This document shows positions 22,921 to 37,584 of a stretch of 64,000 nucleotides of DNA, piece by piece. Positions within the stretch are counted from its first letter, which is position 1. Each line of letters starts with the position of its first letter. Where the stretch lies: contig CP145417.1 of NCBI GenBank assembly GCA_036867785.1, positions 310,001 through 374,000 of the forward strand, given 5' to 3'. Position numbers and translations under genes: made by a program. This DNA is from Plasmodiophora brassicae. Its lineage: Eukaryota. The notes under the pieces were generated by a model, which was not told the origin of the DNA, ran no database searches, and worked only from the letters and a program-made list of their open reading frames with translations.

Positions 22921-23892
22921 TTATGGTTCGGCAACCCAGGGATGCGATCGAACTTCCTTAATGGATAATCGCTGATCGGGATCGAATACAAGCATCTTGC
23001 CGATGAGATCCTTTGCGTGATCTGAGAGTTTGCAGTTCATATTGGAGACCGGGCCCTTGTTCTTCACCAAATCCAACGAGTCGGGAAACTTCAGCATCCA
23101 GCCGTTCTTCCTGAATTGCTTCTCGTCCGCTTCGGGCATCTGACCAGCTAACATTTGGTACAGGATCGTGCCCAGCGACCAGACATCGAACTTCTCGCCG
23201 GATGTCAGCACCTTCTTCTTTGACAGCGCCTCCGGTGGTCGGTAATCGGCAGTGCCCTTGTTGGTCGGATCAATAAGATTGTCGTCGTGTTCGACCGCCA
23301 ATCCGAAGTCAATAATTTTCACTTTCCCATCTCGTCCGAGCATGATGTTGTCCGGCTTTAAGTCCAAATGAGCCACTCCGTTCTTGTGAAGGAATTCCAC
23401 GCCGGACAGGATCTGGACGAAGTATTCGCGTGCCTGGCTGTCACCCCACCCGCAGATGTTCTTGCGACCTCGAGGCAGCTTGTCATCCAGGGCACCGTTC
23501 GGGGCGTACTCCATCGCAATTAGCATCCCGAACTTCTCGTTTACGTCAATCGCGCTGTCCAGGAACCCGATAATGTTCTGGTGGTCGGGCACGTGTTTCA
23601 TGATGACGACCTCGTTCGCCGCATCGTCGGTGACTTCCGTCATCTTGACGATGGCAGGCTTGCCTGTCACCATGTCGATCGTCTTGAAGACTTTCCCGAA
23701 CGCTCCGTTCCCGATCTCTTTCAGGCCGTCCGACATGAAACGCTGCCTGAATGCGTCGACCTGGGCGACGATCGTGCTTTCTGAAAATCCAGAGTCGTGC
23801 CGCTCCAATAACCTCGCGTCTTGGCCTTCGACCATCAGTGTGGCCATAATAGCAATAATAACGACCTCCAGCAGGCATGCCATCTTATTCAT
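22921..23892 (-). CDS. Ser/Thr protein kinase with predicted signal peptide, intronless (copy 2)
   Basis: Kinase domain nearly identical to 21589-22563, with a different signal peptide MACLLEVVIIAIMATLMVEG. Confidence 0.95.
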   Translation of the reverse strand: MNKMACLLEVVIIAIMATLMVEGQDARLLERHDSGFSESTIVAQVDAFRQRFMSDGLKEIGNGAFGKVFKTIDMVTGKPAIVKMTEVTDDAANEVVIMKHVPDHQNIIGFLDSAIDVNEKFGMLIAMEYAPNGALDDKLPRGRKNICGWGDSQAREYFVQILSGVEFLHKNGVAHLDLKPDNIMLGRDGKVKIIDFGLAVEHDDNLIDPTNKGTADYRPPEALSKKKVLTSGEKFDVWSLGTILYQMLAGQMPEADEKQFRKNGWMLKFPDSLDLVKNKGPVSNMNCKLSDHAKDLIGKMLVFDPDQRLSIKEVRSHPWVAEP

Positions 23893-24425
23893 AATTCCCC
23901 TCGATTCGTCTACACAAATTGATACGTACGATAAATAATGATTTGCTTAATGAGGCAGTCGGCCCGCTGATTAACCATCGCCAACGTAATCGCCCCGGTT
24001 GCTCCGTTGCTATATTTGGCAAGTTGGTGAAGCGCCGGTGGCAAATGCGACCGAAATAGGCACGATGAGACACTCGCGACACATCGTCCGGAGTCTCCGT
24101 GGTGCTCTTTGCGGCCCGTCTCTTGGAACGGCTTGGGCTCGGAGTTCACGCTCCCGAGAATCGCCAACGGCCGTTCACATAAATCGAGACCAGGACATTG
24201 CCGGCCTGCCTGTAGCTGGTGCAATGCAACCACTGCTCGACGAATTCATCTTGAAACGCGGAAGCCGTTGTAGACAGCAACGGTAGCGCAGCCTTCGGGG
24301 GACTAAGCAGGGGACTGTTAATTGTAGCGGGGCCCGCTCTCAAGTGGGACGGTCTCGCACACAGACACAGGGCCTGAGTTTGAATCATCACCTGCGTCGT
24401 CGCGTGGCGGTTCCGGCGGGCTACC

Positions 24426-25707
24426 ATGGACCAGCAACAGCTTATTGAAACGCCTTTCGACTATACCATAACGGGTTGGCATCGGCATTCTGTAAGGCAA
24501 TAACGATGTTCTAACAACGGGTTTATGCCAGGGCGGCCAGCCTTCTCGGTCTTGAACTTGTCCTTGCAGCCGAACCAGAAGGTGCGTCCGATATGCAGAA
24601 AAATATGTTCAAACCGCAGAGATGCCTAATCCTGAAGAGCAGGTGTTGGCAGATGCGGGCGCCATGTTCTGGATGGATTCCACGGTTGATGTGGAAACCA
24701 ACTGCCCGCAAGGGTGTAAGGGTGGCTGTGCGCGCAGCTGTGTAGGCGAAAGCTGCTGTATGAACACGTTCGGCGGGCCTCGACAGGGAAACATCAGCCT
24801 GGGTACGCCACGTGCAGTATAGATAGGGAACCGTCGCTGACGAGATCGATGTTGGTGATCAGGGTTCAAAGCGCCAGGCGACATGGTAAGGGCCCAGGAG
24901 CCAAACGTGACCGACGTACCCCTGATGCCCTGTAGCTGCCGTTTACAGTGACACCTGGGAATGGATGGATTCTGTCTCAAAAGGCATTCGTCGCCGGGAC
25001 CGACAAGTACGACCCATTCATCGTATGCCTTAGTTGTCGCCATCTCCTGACTACGCGCGTTGCTAGCTGTATCGTGAGCGCCGGCTTCCCAGGGCTCTGC
25101 GGTAATCGCGTGCACATAGCGATCACGTCGTCCTGCTCATTGCCGTTCAGCGTGTGGGTTGGCCGGCGAGGGGATGTTCCTGGTCAAAGTCACTACGCAG
25201 GACATGAAGTCGCCCGCCGTGTTCTTCGCAGGCGGGTATGGCGAAATTATCAGGTGAAGCCCGGAACAGAGGAACCGTGCATGGACAGGTAGTTCTGAAC
25301 CTTGTGGCAGACATGACATCCCTGAAGGAAAGGAGCTCATGGTCGAGAACGGGCTCTTCTTTGCAGCACACGAAAGCACTCGATTCCGTATTGGCATCCT
25401 TGGAGGTATGCACGTGGTAACCTAGCACCGCACTCTTTGTGGTTCTGATGCCATTCGTGGAGGTCTCGGAACGTTCTGCTTTGGTGGAGAGGTACACCTA
25501 CTGTTTGCAAACACATCTAGAAACTTTGTTCTAACAGCTGTCGCGCAGGGATTTGTCATGCGATTCCGTAGGCGGCTGCTCGTTTACAAACGCGCACGCG
25601 TGTTCATGACGCTATGAACAGGTGGCCCAGCAGCGGTCTTCACCCAGTCTCGCGACCCACGCCTCTTCGGCGCTCGTCCCGATCAGCTGGACTCAGCACA
25701 GGCGTAG
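24426..25707 (+). CDS. AIM24/DUF124-family protein, multi-exon
   Basis: PAFSVLNLSL, VLADAGAMFWMD, GESCCMNTF, WILSQKAFVAG, GEGMFLVKV, GGYGEI, LMVENGLFFAA and GPAAVFTQSR. Confidence 0.82.
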
Positions 25708-25819
25708 GCTATCGAGCTCAGCGAGCGGCAGACCGCAGCGCCGAAACGACCAGTTAATGAAGTCGCTTCAATACCCGATCCTATACTACGAGACGCAAAC
25801 CCGAGGCATGAGAGGCCCT

Positions 25820-26685
25820 TTAGAACCCAGACTTTAGCTTCGGTTTCTGGATAGCTTTCTTCAGCGCAGGTTTCCTACGACGGCACCCAGTTGAGTCTTG
25901 ACAGCCTAGTTGCATACCCTACGCGGGTACCTCTTGGCGACAACTTTCGACGGCGACGCAGCCTGTGCCTTCAGCGCAGCCGGTTCTGCCTTCCGCAGCG
26001 GTACAGGCAGCACCAGTTGACGAGCTGTGTCAAGTTCGTACTGCAGTCGTCTGCACTGCTCTTGCAACGCTGGAAGCAACCGTCAGCACCATACCGGGCC
26101 AAGTCGACCAACTTGGACACTGCACCTTTCTCCCTAGCTGCGAATTCTTTGATGCCATCTGCGACGAAGACCAGCAGCTGGGCAGAATGGGTGGCGGCCG
26201 GCATCGGCTTCCCGAGGTCGATGAACGCCGTCGCGTGAATGCCTTCCGCCAGTTCGTACTTGATGTTCAGACGCAGGCGATTATCGTCGTCGTAGCTGTG
26301 TTGACGGTTGCCTTCAAGTGCAGCGGACCGTTCTTCACACAACGGTGGCGTACCTGACAGACAGCATTGTCGGTTTCGATAGCGTAGCGGTGAACAGGTC
26401 GAACAGCTTGTCCCATTCGATGGTGAGATTAGCATCCTCGACCTGGACACAGGTTCAGCGCCCGAGACAGGCACTGACTGATTGCCATACGTGTTTCTTC
26501 ATGACATCGGACGTGCAGAGGACGCTCCACAGCGACCCGCCATCGAACACGGACACGACCATGCCATCCTCGTCGGGCGTGACCCGGACGACGACCTCGC
26601 CGCCGCCGACCCGACGCACGACGACGGATCGCGACGGCACACTCGAGAACACCGCCGCATAATCCATCGCTGCGGCGGCGCCCAT
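25820..26685 (-). CDS. Hypothetical protein with possible XRCC4/XLF/PAXX-type head domain
   Basis: Spliced GMVVSVFDGGSLWSVLCTSDVMKKH, NLTIEWDKLFDLFTATL and LRLNIKYEL, with a basic tail KRKPALKKAIQKPKLKSGF*. The gene is likely real; the family call is tentative. Confidence 0.5.
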
Positions 26686-27017
26686 TTGACCTTTCCGACC
26701 AGACACGGCGTCACCTGGGCACATCTGCGCCGTCGTCATCCAGAATCGAGGACTGCATAACGGGACAGGAGCGGGTCTATAGACGCGGTACACACAGTAA
26801 ACAGGGAAGCGTGTACTTACTTACGTCGGCACAGAAATGTGGAGCAGGGCCAGGAGCAGCGGTCCGAGAAAAACGCGTCGATCTTTCCGGTGTGACTTCG
26901 GGTCGGTAGTGGAGCGCGCGCGCAGAGAATATTTACGCCTTCCGAGTTTGGCGTTCGGGTTCGCCGTATTTTGCTGGCATTCATTTGGTGAATTATTCTG
27001 TCCGGGTCGAGTCGCCC

Positions 27018-30253
<3,236 letters not shown>

Positions 30254-30585
30254 CTGGTAACGGTCACCTGATTCGTCTTGCTAAACATCTCCGCTGTTGG
30301 AATGCGAGACGCCATTCTCATTCGCGACCAGCGTTAGGGCACACCGCATAGAAGTAGGCAGTCCTGTCAATGGTCGAATACTTCACCACGGCGACTGTTG
30401 CCCAGCAACTGGGCACGTCAGGCGCGCAGGACAAGTTCCGTGCTGAACGGGACCAAGTGCCAACCTGCGAGCTGATCCCCACGCCTCTGCTATCGCCCTG
30501 CTCACCTGATCAGAATATCTCCTGTACTGCGACGCTGAGGCGATGTCGATTGCGCCCCTGGGTGGGTATCGGCGTCCCTATGTGT

Positions 30586-33491
30586 TTATGCGCCTCTGCT
30601 GGGGTAACGCTGTGATTGCAATTTGCGATGTACGCCCTCAACCCATGCCCTCCTAGCATTGTCGAGGTCCTGTTCCGCAGGGGATCGCGTCTTGACGAAA
30701 GCACCCGGGGAAGCGATGGGCGCGCGCGACTTGCTGACGCGGGCACGTCGGCGCGATAGGGCTTGCCACAGACCAAACGGAATAACGAGAACGATCGCAG
30801 TTGGAACCCTAGGCGAGGCAATGCGTGAACGTCTTTCACAGGTCGCACGGTCCGCTCTTACCAAACGAGGACAATGAAGTAGAAGAGCGAAATACGTTCC
30901 AGCCTGAAAGTGACGCTCAGTTTCCCGACGATGATTGTAACACTATCGTGACGCACGTGAGGTCTGCAGGCGCTATCGTTCGTTTCAGCATTGAACAACG
31001 TCGGCACTGTTCGGCGGATCGAGCTGGTAGGCACTCGAGGGCCCCAGAAACGTTTCCTAGCATCAGCATGGGAAACAGCCACACAATGTCCTGTCAACCG
31101 GAGCCGACCTTCGACGTCCTTGATCCATTTCTTGAGTTCCGCTTCGGCATGTGCCTCGTCCAGGGCCGGATTGCAATGATGGCAATGATAGCAGATCCAC
31201 AAGTCAGCTCCCTTGTCGTGCGACTGTCTTCCCGTCCACTGCTGCCTGGTACATAGCACCAACGCAACAGCTGGGTACGTTAAATACACGACCAGGTTCA
31301 ACGGGGGCGGCAAATGGGCATTCCCTGACATCATCTTAGAGCAGGCGTTAGATGCGATGCGCGTACGAACTCCGATGCAGGTCCCAGCAAGTCTTCCCAA
31401 AGTCGAAGCGGAACCCTGATAACGCTGTTGCCCTCATCGACGCGATCGTGCTTTTCTGCATAACCGATCGCGCATTCATGGGGCGTGACAGGCAGCGCGC
31501 GCGCGATAGCGAACTGACCATGCCTACGACTACAAGTGTCCTGCAGACGATGACCGTCATGATCAGGAGGTAGATCGCGAATGCAGTCTGCCCGACAGCG
31601 GGTTCGCCCGTTCGCATCTGGGTGAATGGCACGAAACTGAACATGGACAGCGCCCCGCGGTACAGCGTCAGCACGCTGCGTTGCAACGTTCCAAATTCGG
31701 GTACTCCTTCGCCGACTACCAGACCAGCTGCATCAGGCCCAGAATTATGTGATGTTCTGCGCCTTTCATACCGGTGGCGACTAGGGCAGTGCTGAACCCG
31801 AGAACGAAGGCGGATGCAACGACGACGAGCGTGACGAGCGAGCGAGCGTGCATGGAAAACGTTCGCATCAGCGTGCCAACAGGAGGGATCAGGACGAATT
31901 GCTGGGCAAGTCCCACCCAAAGGATGAGCACTATGGCGCTGACCAGGCCATTGAACGCGACCTGGCCTGCGATCAAAGACCCATCACTGCCTCGTGATGC
32001 GGCACGAAACAATGCAATCGCCACGATGACGACACACCCGAGAGCATCCTGCGCAAACCCATCTCAGTGTCGCATGACGACAAGAGGGGAGTCCACGTCG
32101 AACGGTGTGATGCCATCCGGACATGAAGAACGACGCCCATCCTGTACGATTGGCGCTCTGGACGTTGTCGATCAGGAAGCCGATAGCGGCGACCCAGTAG
32201 ACAATCTCGAACCACCGGATGGGATCGGTGGCAGACAGACGTCCCACGGCCGACCACGACACGAACGCGGCGAACGCAATGTAGAGCAGGACCCTCATCC
32301 CGTACTACAGCGAGCGCTTCATGAGGGTGGCCTTGTGCCACAGGTGACGTTACACTGACGCGAACCACGTTCGACTTGAAGAGGGAATACGGGTCCCATA
32401 GGACAAGGTGATGAAGCCGCGCTGTTCCAACTGGTTGGTCCAGGTAACGCGACGACGTCCACACTCTGGTCATGAAGCGCACCACGACATCACTGGACAT
32501 GAACCTGGCATGGGGTTTCATCGGTTAGCACCTGATGATGGTTTCGTAGTAACCGGGCCCACTAACGCGACGTTGTTCGTCTGGAGGGCAACATCGATAG
32601 GCGACTGACCGTCGTCGTCTTTCGCTTCCAGCGCGATGGAGACGAGACGGTCGCTCTTCATGTCGACCAGGATGCCTGTGGCCACGTGGGTCAGACGCGT
32701 GGCGGTCCTCTGCAATCGCTGGCGATGCGACACGACGTCGACGCCGGACTGCTGCAATACGTTGGCCAACGTCAAGATTGTGGTCAGCAGGAACCCGTCA
32801 GCATTGCCAGAGACAATGGCCATCGCCAGTGCCTCAATCTGGTCTGCCGTCAGGTTGACATGACGAATCAGCGACGCCAGCGCGGGCAGTGACGTCGCTC
32901 GTGGCGTGTGCTGGGCCAGTAAAAGGACAATGTCGAAAGCCCGGTCGGACGGGTACAGGTCGTACTGGGCGCCTGCTAGGTCCAGGTGGCTGAACTGAAC
33001 GACCCCGACTCGACGTGGACGACCGACCGAGACGCCGGCGTCGATCAGAAGGCCGAGTTCAGCCAGCATACCGTCGACGATCAGCTTGTTGACAAGACGG
33101 TCCCGGTTCAGCTGTGCGACGCACGACTCGATCCGCTGCCGGATCGAGTCGACGGGTTCCCTGGCGCTGAGCGCGTTAATCAGGTCGGCGTCGGCGACGC
33201 TGGGACGAGACAGAAACACGAGGAACGGCGAGTCCTTCGCAAGGAACTCAGCCTGGAGCCACTGATGAATGGACTGGTTCGCCTGTTTCACGCTCATCTC
33301 CTTGCCGATCGAACTCAGGCGGCGATTCTGCCGGCGGCAACGTCAGACCCCCGCTGGACGCATGGGACGGTTCCCCTGACCGGTCGCATGTACGATAGGT
33401 GCCTCGATATGGACCGGCGACGCTCACTGGAATTTCGCCGTGCCGATTGCGATTTCGAGATGGAGGCCCGCCGTCTCGACTCGCTCTTCAT
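30586..33491 (-). CDS. TRP-like cation channel (paralogue A), multi-exon; 3' end approximate
   Basis: ALEAKDDDGQSPIDVALQTNNVALV pre-TM segment, several TM helices, FFMSGWH, HLPPPLNLV TRP-box-like motif and WICYHC. Clearly homologous to 33617-36672. Confidence 0.75.
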
Positions 33492-33616
33492 CGTCGTGGC
33501 TCGCAGAGGTCCGCCAGGGCCGCGATGACGATCGTGGGGACCCGTCAGCCACGAACCCACGAGGCTTCACAGGCGCGGCACTGCAGGCCGTCCCAGAACG
33601 TGTACGCGGCTTTCGC
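33492..33616. promoter_or_regulatory. Putative bidirectional promoter between the TRP-like paralogues
   Basis: About 125 bp separate the divergent ATGs at 33491 (-) and 33617 (+). Inferred from position only. Confidence 0.45.
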
Positions 33617-36600
33617 ATGGAGACGATTCATGAAGCGGCGGCGGCGACGGCGACGGATGTGAAACTGCGCGGGTTGTCGACCGCTGGCGCAGGACACGCC
33701 GCTGCAACCGCACGTCCACCTGCGCAGGCGGTCCGTCGCCCGCGTACCCGCCAGACAGATGACGATGCGCACCTGGTGCTCCGGTCGATGCTGCAGACCG
33801 ACGCGAGGGCGCTGTTCGTCCTGAACGACCACGCGAACGATTTCGTGTGCTTCCTGAAGGGCGACGACGTCACCATCAACGATATCGTCGGCAGCGTCGA
33901 CAGCGGCCGGTTCGCGTCCGTCGACTGGCTCACGGCGAGCCACCGCCTGATCGTCGAGGGCGACATCGACGTCGTCGCGCGAATGTGCCAGGCCGGGTTC
34001 AACATGAACGCGACCTGCCCTCTCGACGGATCCGTTGACCACTTCACCTGCTTCCAGGTTGAGCCACGACGGGCGGACTCGCGCTTCGCCATGGCTGATG
34101 TTTCGTATGAAGCTTGCAGGTGCGGTCTACGATTTCCATCCAACAGAGCTCGCGTTCGAAATGATGCAGACGCTGGCGTGCTACGCTGACAAGGCGCAGA
34201 CGTTTCGGGCTCTGGGCGAGTTCCTGCTGCACGTCGATGTGGACCCGGTGCAGGCCCACGACCTAGCGTTGAAGATCGTCACGAGCAGCACGTTTCCAAT
34301 TATCGCGGCGCTGCAGGCCGCTGACGTCATGACGCGAGCGTCGGGGGCCGCTCTGTCCCGACGGGAAAGCTTCGAAGCGAGCGCCGAGTTCTTCAGCGAT
34401 TTCGCAATCCTCCTGGTGAACAGCCTCATGAGCGACCATGTCGCTGCCGTCGCCGTGGAGGTCTGCGACGACGACGGCGTCTGCGCAATCGACATCGCCC
34501 TGCAGACCGGCAACGTCGCATTCGTCAACGACCCGATGGTGCACCGCGTGCTCGCCAACGTATGGGCGGTGCCGCAGTACCTCCAACAGGCAACGTTCGT
34601 CGAACCCGGACATCGGGGCCCTTCGATCCCGCTGCACCACCTCATCCTGCTCCACCCGTGGAAGCTGGCCCGGCTCAACCGGGCGAAGGTTCGTTGATGT
34701 ATTTTGGGACTCGGCGCGCGCGCGCAGTGTCTGACACCTGCGCGCGCATGCAGTTCCTGGTGGACGCGCTCGGCCTGCTGGCGTTCCTGGTCCTGTACAC
34801 AGTCGTCTGCACGCGGCGGATCCCCGTCAACGTCGGTCCGCGTGTTCACAACGATGACGATGACGACGACAACGCTGACTGCTGTGCCAGGGCACGGTAT
34901 CGGCGTGGGAGATCGCCGTCTGGGGCCTCGCGGCGGGCTTCATCGTCCGGTCGGTCATGAAGGCGGCCCGGCTGGGTGCTAGGAAATACGTGTCGTCGGG
35001 GTGGCACCAGATGGACGTAATAGGCTGGGCGGCGTTCACGTTGAATGCTATCTGGAGAATAGCGCACGCATCAGCGCCGTCTGTGTCGCCGGCCTCACAG
35101 ACCGTATGCTGATAGGGAGGATGAGAATGGCCGAGCGGATTGTGACTGGTCGGACACAGGCCGCTGACGTCATGACCAGCGTCGTATCCGTCGCCTTGTG
35201 GATGCGTCTCGCGAGTGCATGTACTGTCTGCCCCTCCATCGGCATCCTAACCAGAATGCTGAATTCCTTCGCTCGTGACATCCTGGTCTTCCTCCTGCTC
35301 CTTTTCGTTACCATCATGGGGTACTCCGGTATCCCTATCAGCGGCGGAACCACGTTGCTAACCGTGCTCCTAGGTTTGGTATATCCTTGTCGGTCGCGGT
35401 GGGGAACGCTGTCGGCGGGTACGCGACCATTCCCAGGGCCATGTTCACGTTGTACCAGTCAGCGCTCGGCCGTACGTCGCAGTTGCCCTTCAGGGGTTTG
35501 GCCCTGGTCGCTCAAACAGAGCGTTTTCTGCAGAGTTTGACTTCAGTGCGTTTGCTGGTCTTCCGGATGGGCAGCGTCATCTAGGCCAAGTGCTGCTGTC
35601 CCTGTTCCTGTTTGTCGCCCTTGGTAACGAGCGCCCTCGCGTATACTGTAATCCGTTCGGGAGTTTGATGAAGCTCGATCCCAGTTGTCCTCGTGAACCT
35701 GCTGATTGCCATGATGGTACGTTGCCTGACGTGTGTCTGCTCTCTGCATCCGGCTAATGATGCCACAGGCGGGTACGTACGCGTCGCGACGTGAACAGAG
35801 TGGGAGAGAGTTCCACCTGTCATGGTGAGGCAGTCGGGGTTCTTCCCCTGCTCTCGCGAATATCGCTGACTTGATTTGGGCAGGTCGGAATTGGTATGGG
35901 ACGTCCACCAGGACGACGGCATCCTGCCACCTCCATTCAATACGATCGTCTATCTGTGCGCTGCCATAGGCGCCTGCTGCCGTTATGCGATGCGCAAATT
36001 GAATGTGAACCGGCACCGATCTCAGGTGCAGATGAGCCGGAAGCTGGACGTCATCAAGGAGAAAGGCGCATCAGAGCTCGACGACGAGGTCGGCAGCGCG
36101 TTCGAGTTCGAAGCGGACCAGGCGACAATGTCTCCCGAATGGATCTGTAAGCGCTGCTTGAGCGTTAACGTCGCCCGAACCGGCTGCGATGACGCGCAGG
36201 TCGTTCTCCAATGGATGAAGTCCATCCAAGGTCCCCCGAAGTGGCCCCATGCCTATCAGCCAAACTGACACGACGTATATATTCAGGCGGCCTTCTGCAA
36301 TCACTCCGTCTGCTTCCTCGACGATGCGTTGTGCAGTGCTCGAAGTGTAATTCAATGAAGCGAACGACGACTCCCGAGCACAAGCAAACGGAGCTGGTTT
36401 CGTTCGCCGTGTTCCTGCTGCTGATCTGGCTACCGTTGGCCGCGATCCTCGCCGTTCCCTACCTCATCGAAGATGCAGTGAAGGAACTGTCGTCGACCTG
36501 GGCCAAGAACAGGAAGAAGAGCAAGCCGGAAGAGAGCCTGGCAACGGTCACCGGGTCGGTGCCGGGCGACCTGATCCAGTTAGCGCCGAGGAGAACGACG

Positions 36601-36672
36601 GCAAGAACGCAGGAATGGCTGCAGACTGTGTTGAAGGGCATGGATGACGATGCTGATGATATCGTCGAATAG
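33617..36672 (+). CDS. TRP-like cation channel (paralogue B), multi-exon
   Basis: DDDGVCAIDIALQTGNVAFVNDPMVHRVLANVW, SIGILTRMLNSFARDILVFLLLL (S4-S5/S5), VLVNLLIAMM (S6), ILPPPFNTI, then WICKRC...CSKC and a further TM helix. Confidence 0.82.
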
Positions 36673-36681
36673 AGCATCCGT

Positions 36682-37523
36682 TTACGATTCGTTAGGTGAG
36701 GCTTCAATCGTTTCAGATGGGTCAGGAACGACACAGCCGCAGCAACTCCTCCAGACAGTCCACCACGTGTTAGTCGTAGGCGCCATCGTTTCATCTTCAG
36801 CCGCGTTCGATTCCGTTTTGTCAGGGAGGAGCGGTGCTGTCAACGTGTCGTCGTCCGTGCGCCCCTCCTCGCCACTGAAGGCGTCCACGAGGGCAGGTGC
36901 AGGGCCTTGTTGCTGAACTTCGCCTTCTTCTCCATAAAAGACGCATTCGACACTGACTGACAACATCGGTGGCGAATCAGATTGCAGAAACCGTCGGTTG
37001 CCGCGTGTTTTGTTGCCCTTCGCGCGACCTGGAGCCCGTTCCAGACACAGATCAAGCGGCACGTCATAACAAACCGAGCCCCGCTTGACAGCTTCTGCCA
37101 CGTCGATTCGTCCTTCCCACCACTTGTTGGTATCGGTGTCGATGTTGACGCGGAACGTCAGCACTGCCGAGCGTATCAGATTATAAGTGGGCAGGGCAGC
37201 GAAGGGCCCTACGCTTTCTCTCGTACACTGAGGCACCCGGCTGCTTGACGAGCGTGCATTTGGTGCCGAACGGTTCTTGCCAAGTGACGGCGCCGTCGTC
37301 GGTCGGGCGCCTGGCGCTCGTCGACAGCAGCGTATCGGGCGAACTCGACGAATGGGCAGAGCACCAGACCACCTTGACGCAGAGTCGAGATGAGCGCACA
37401 CTGGTCAGACGGGTCCAGACGTTGCTCGCATACCGACTCGGGGCCACACAGGAGACCCTTGACGTTGCCGATGACAATGAGGAAATTAGCTTGCGTACCA
37501 ACGTGCTGGGCTAGCGATTCCAT
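36682..37523 (-). CDS. Hypothetical protein, possibly C2-like, with a Cys-rich C-terminal motif
   Basis: Spliced beta-rich segments FLIVIGNVKGL, LCVKVVW, GAVTWQEPF, LTFRV, GRIDVAE and MLSVSVEC. The tail WWTVWRSCCGCVV suggests palmitoylation. Confidence 0.55.
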
Positions 37524-37584
37524 GGACGGGAAGATCGAAGGGACGTGCCGCCGTCAAAACTCTGCGGCGGGGGCACCTCAAGTG

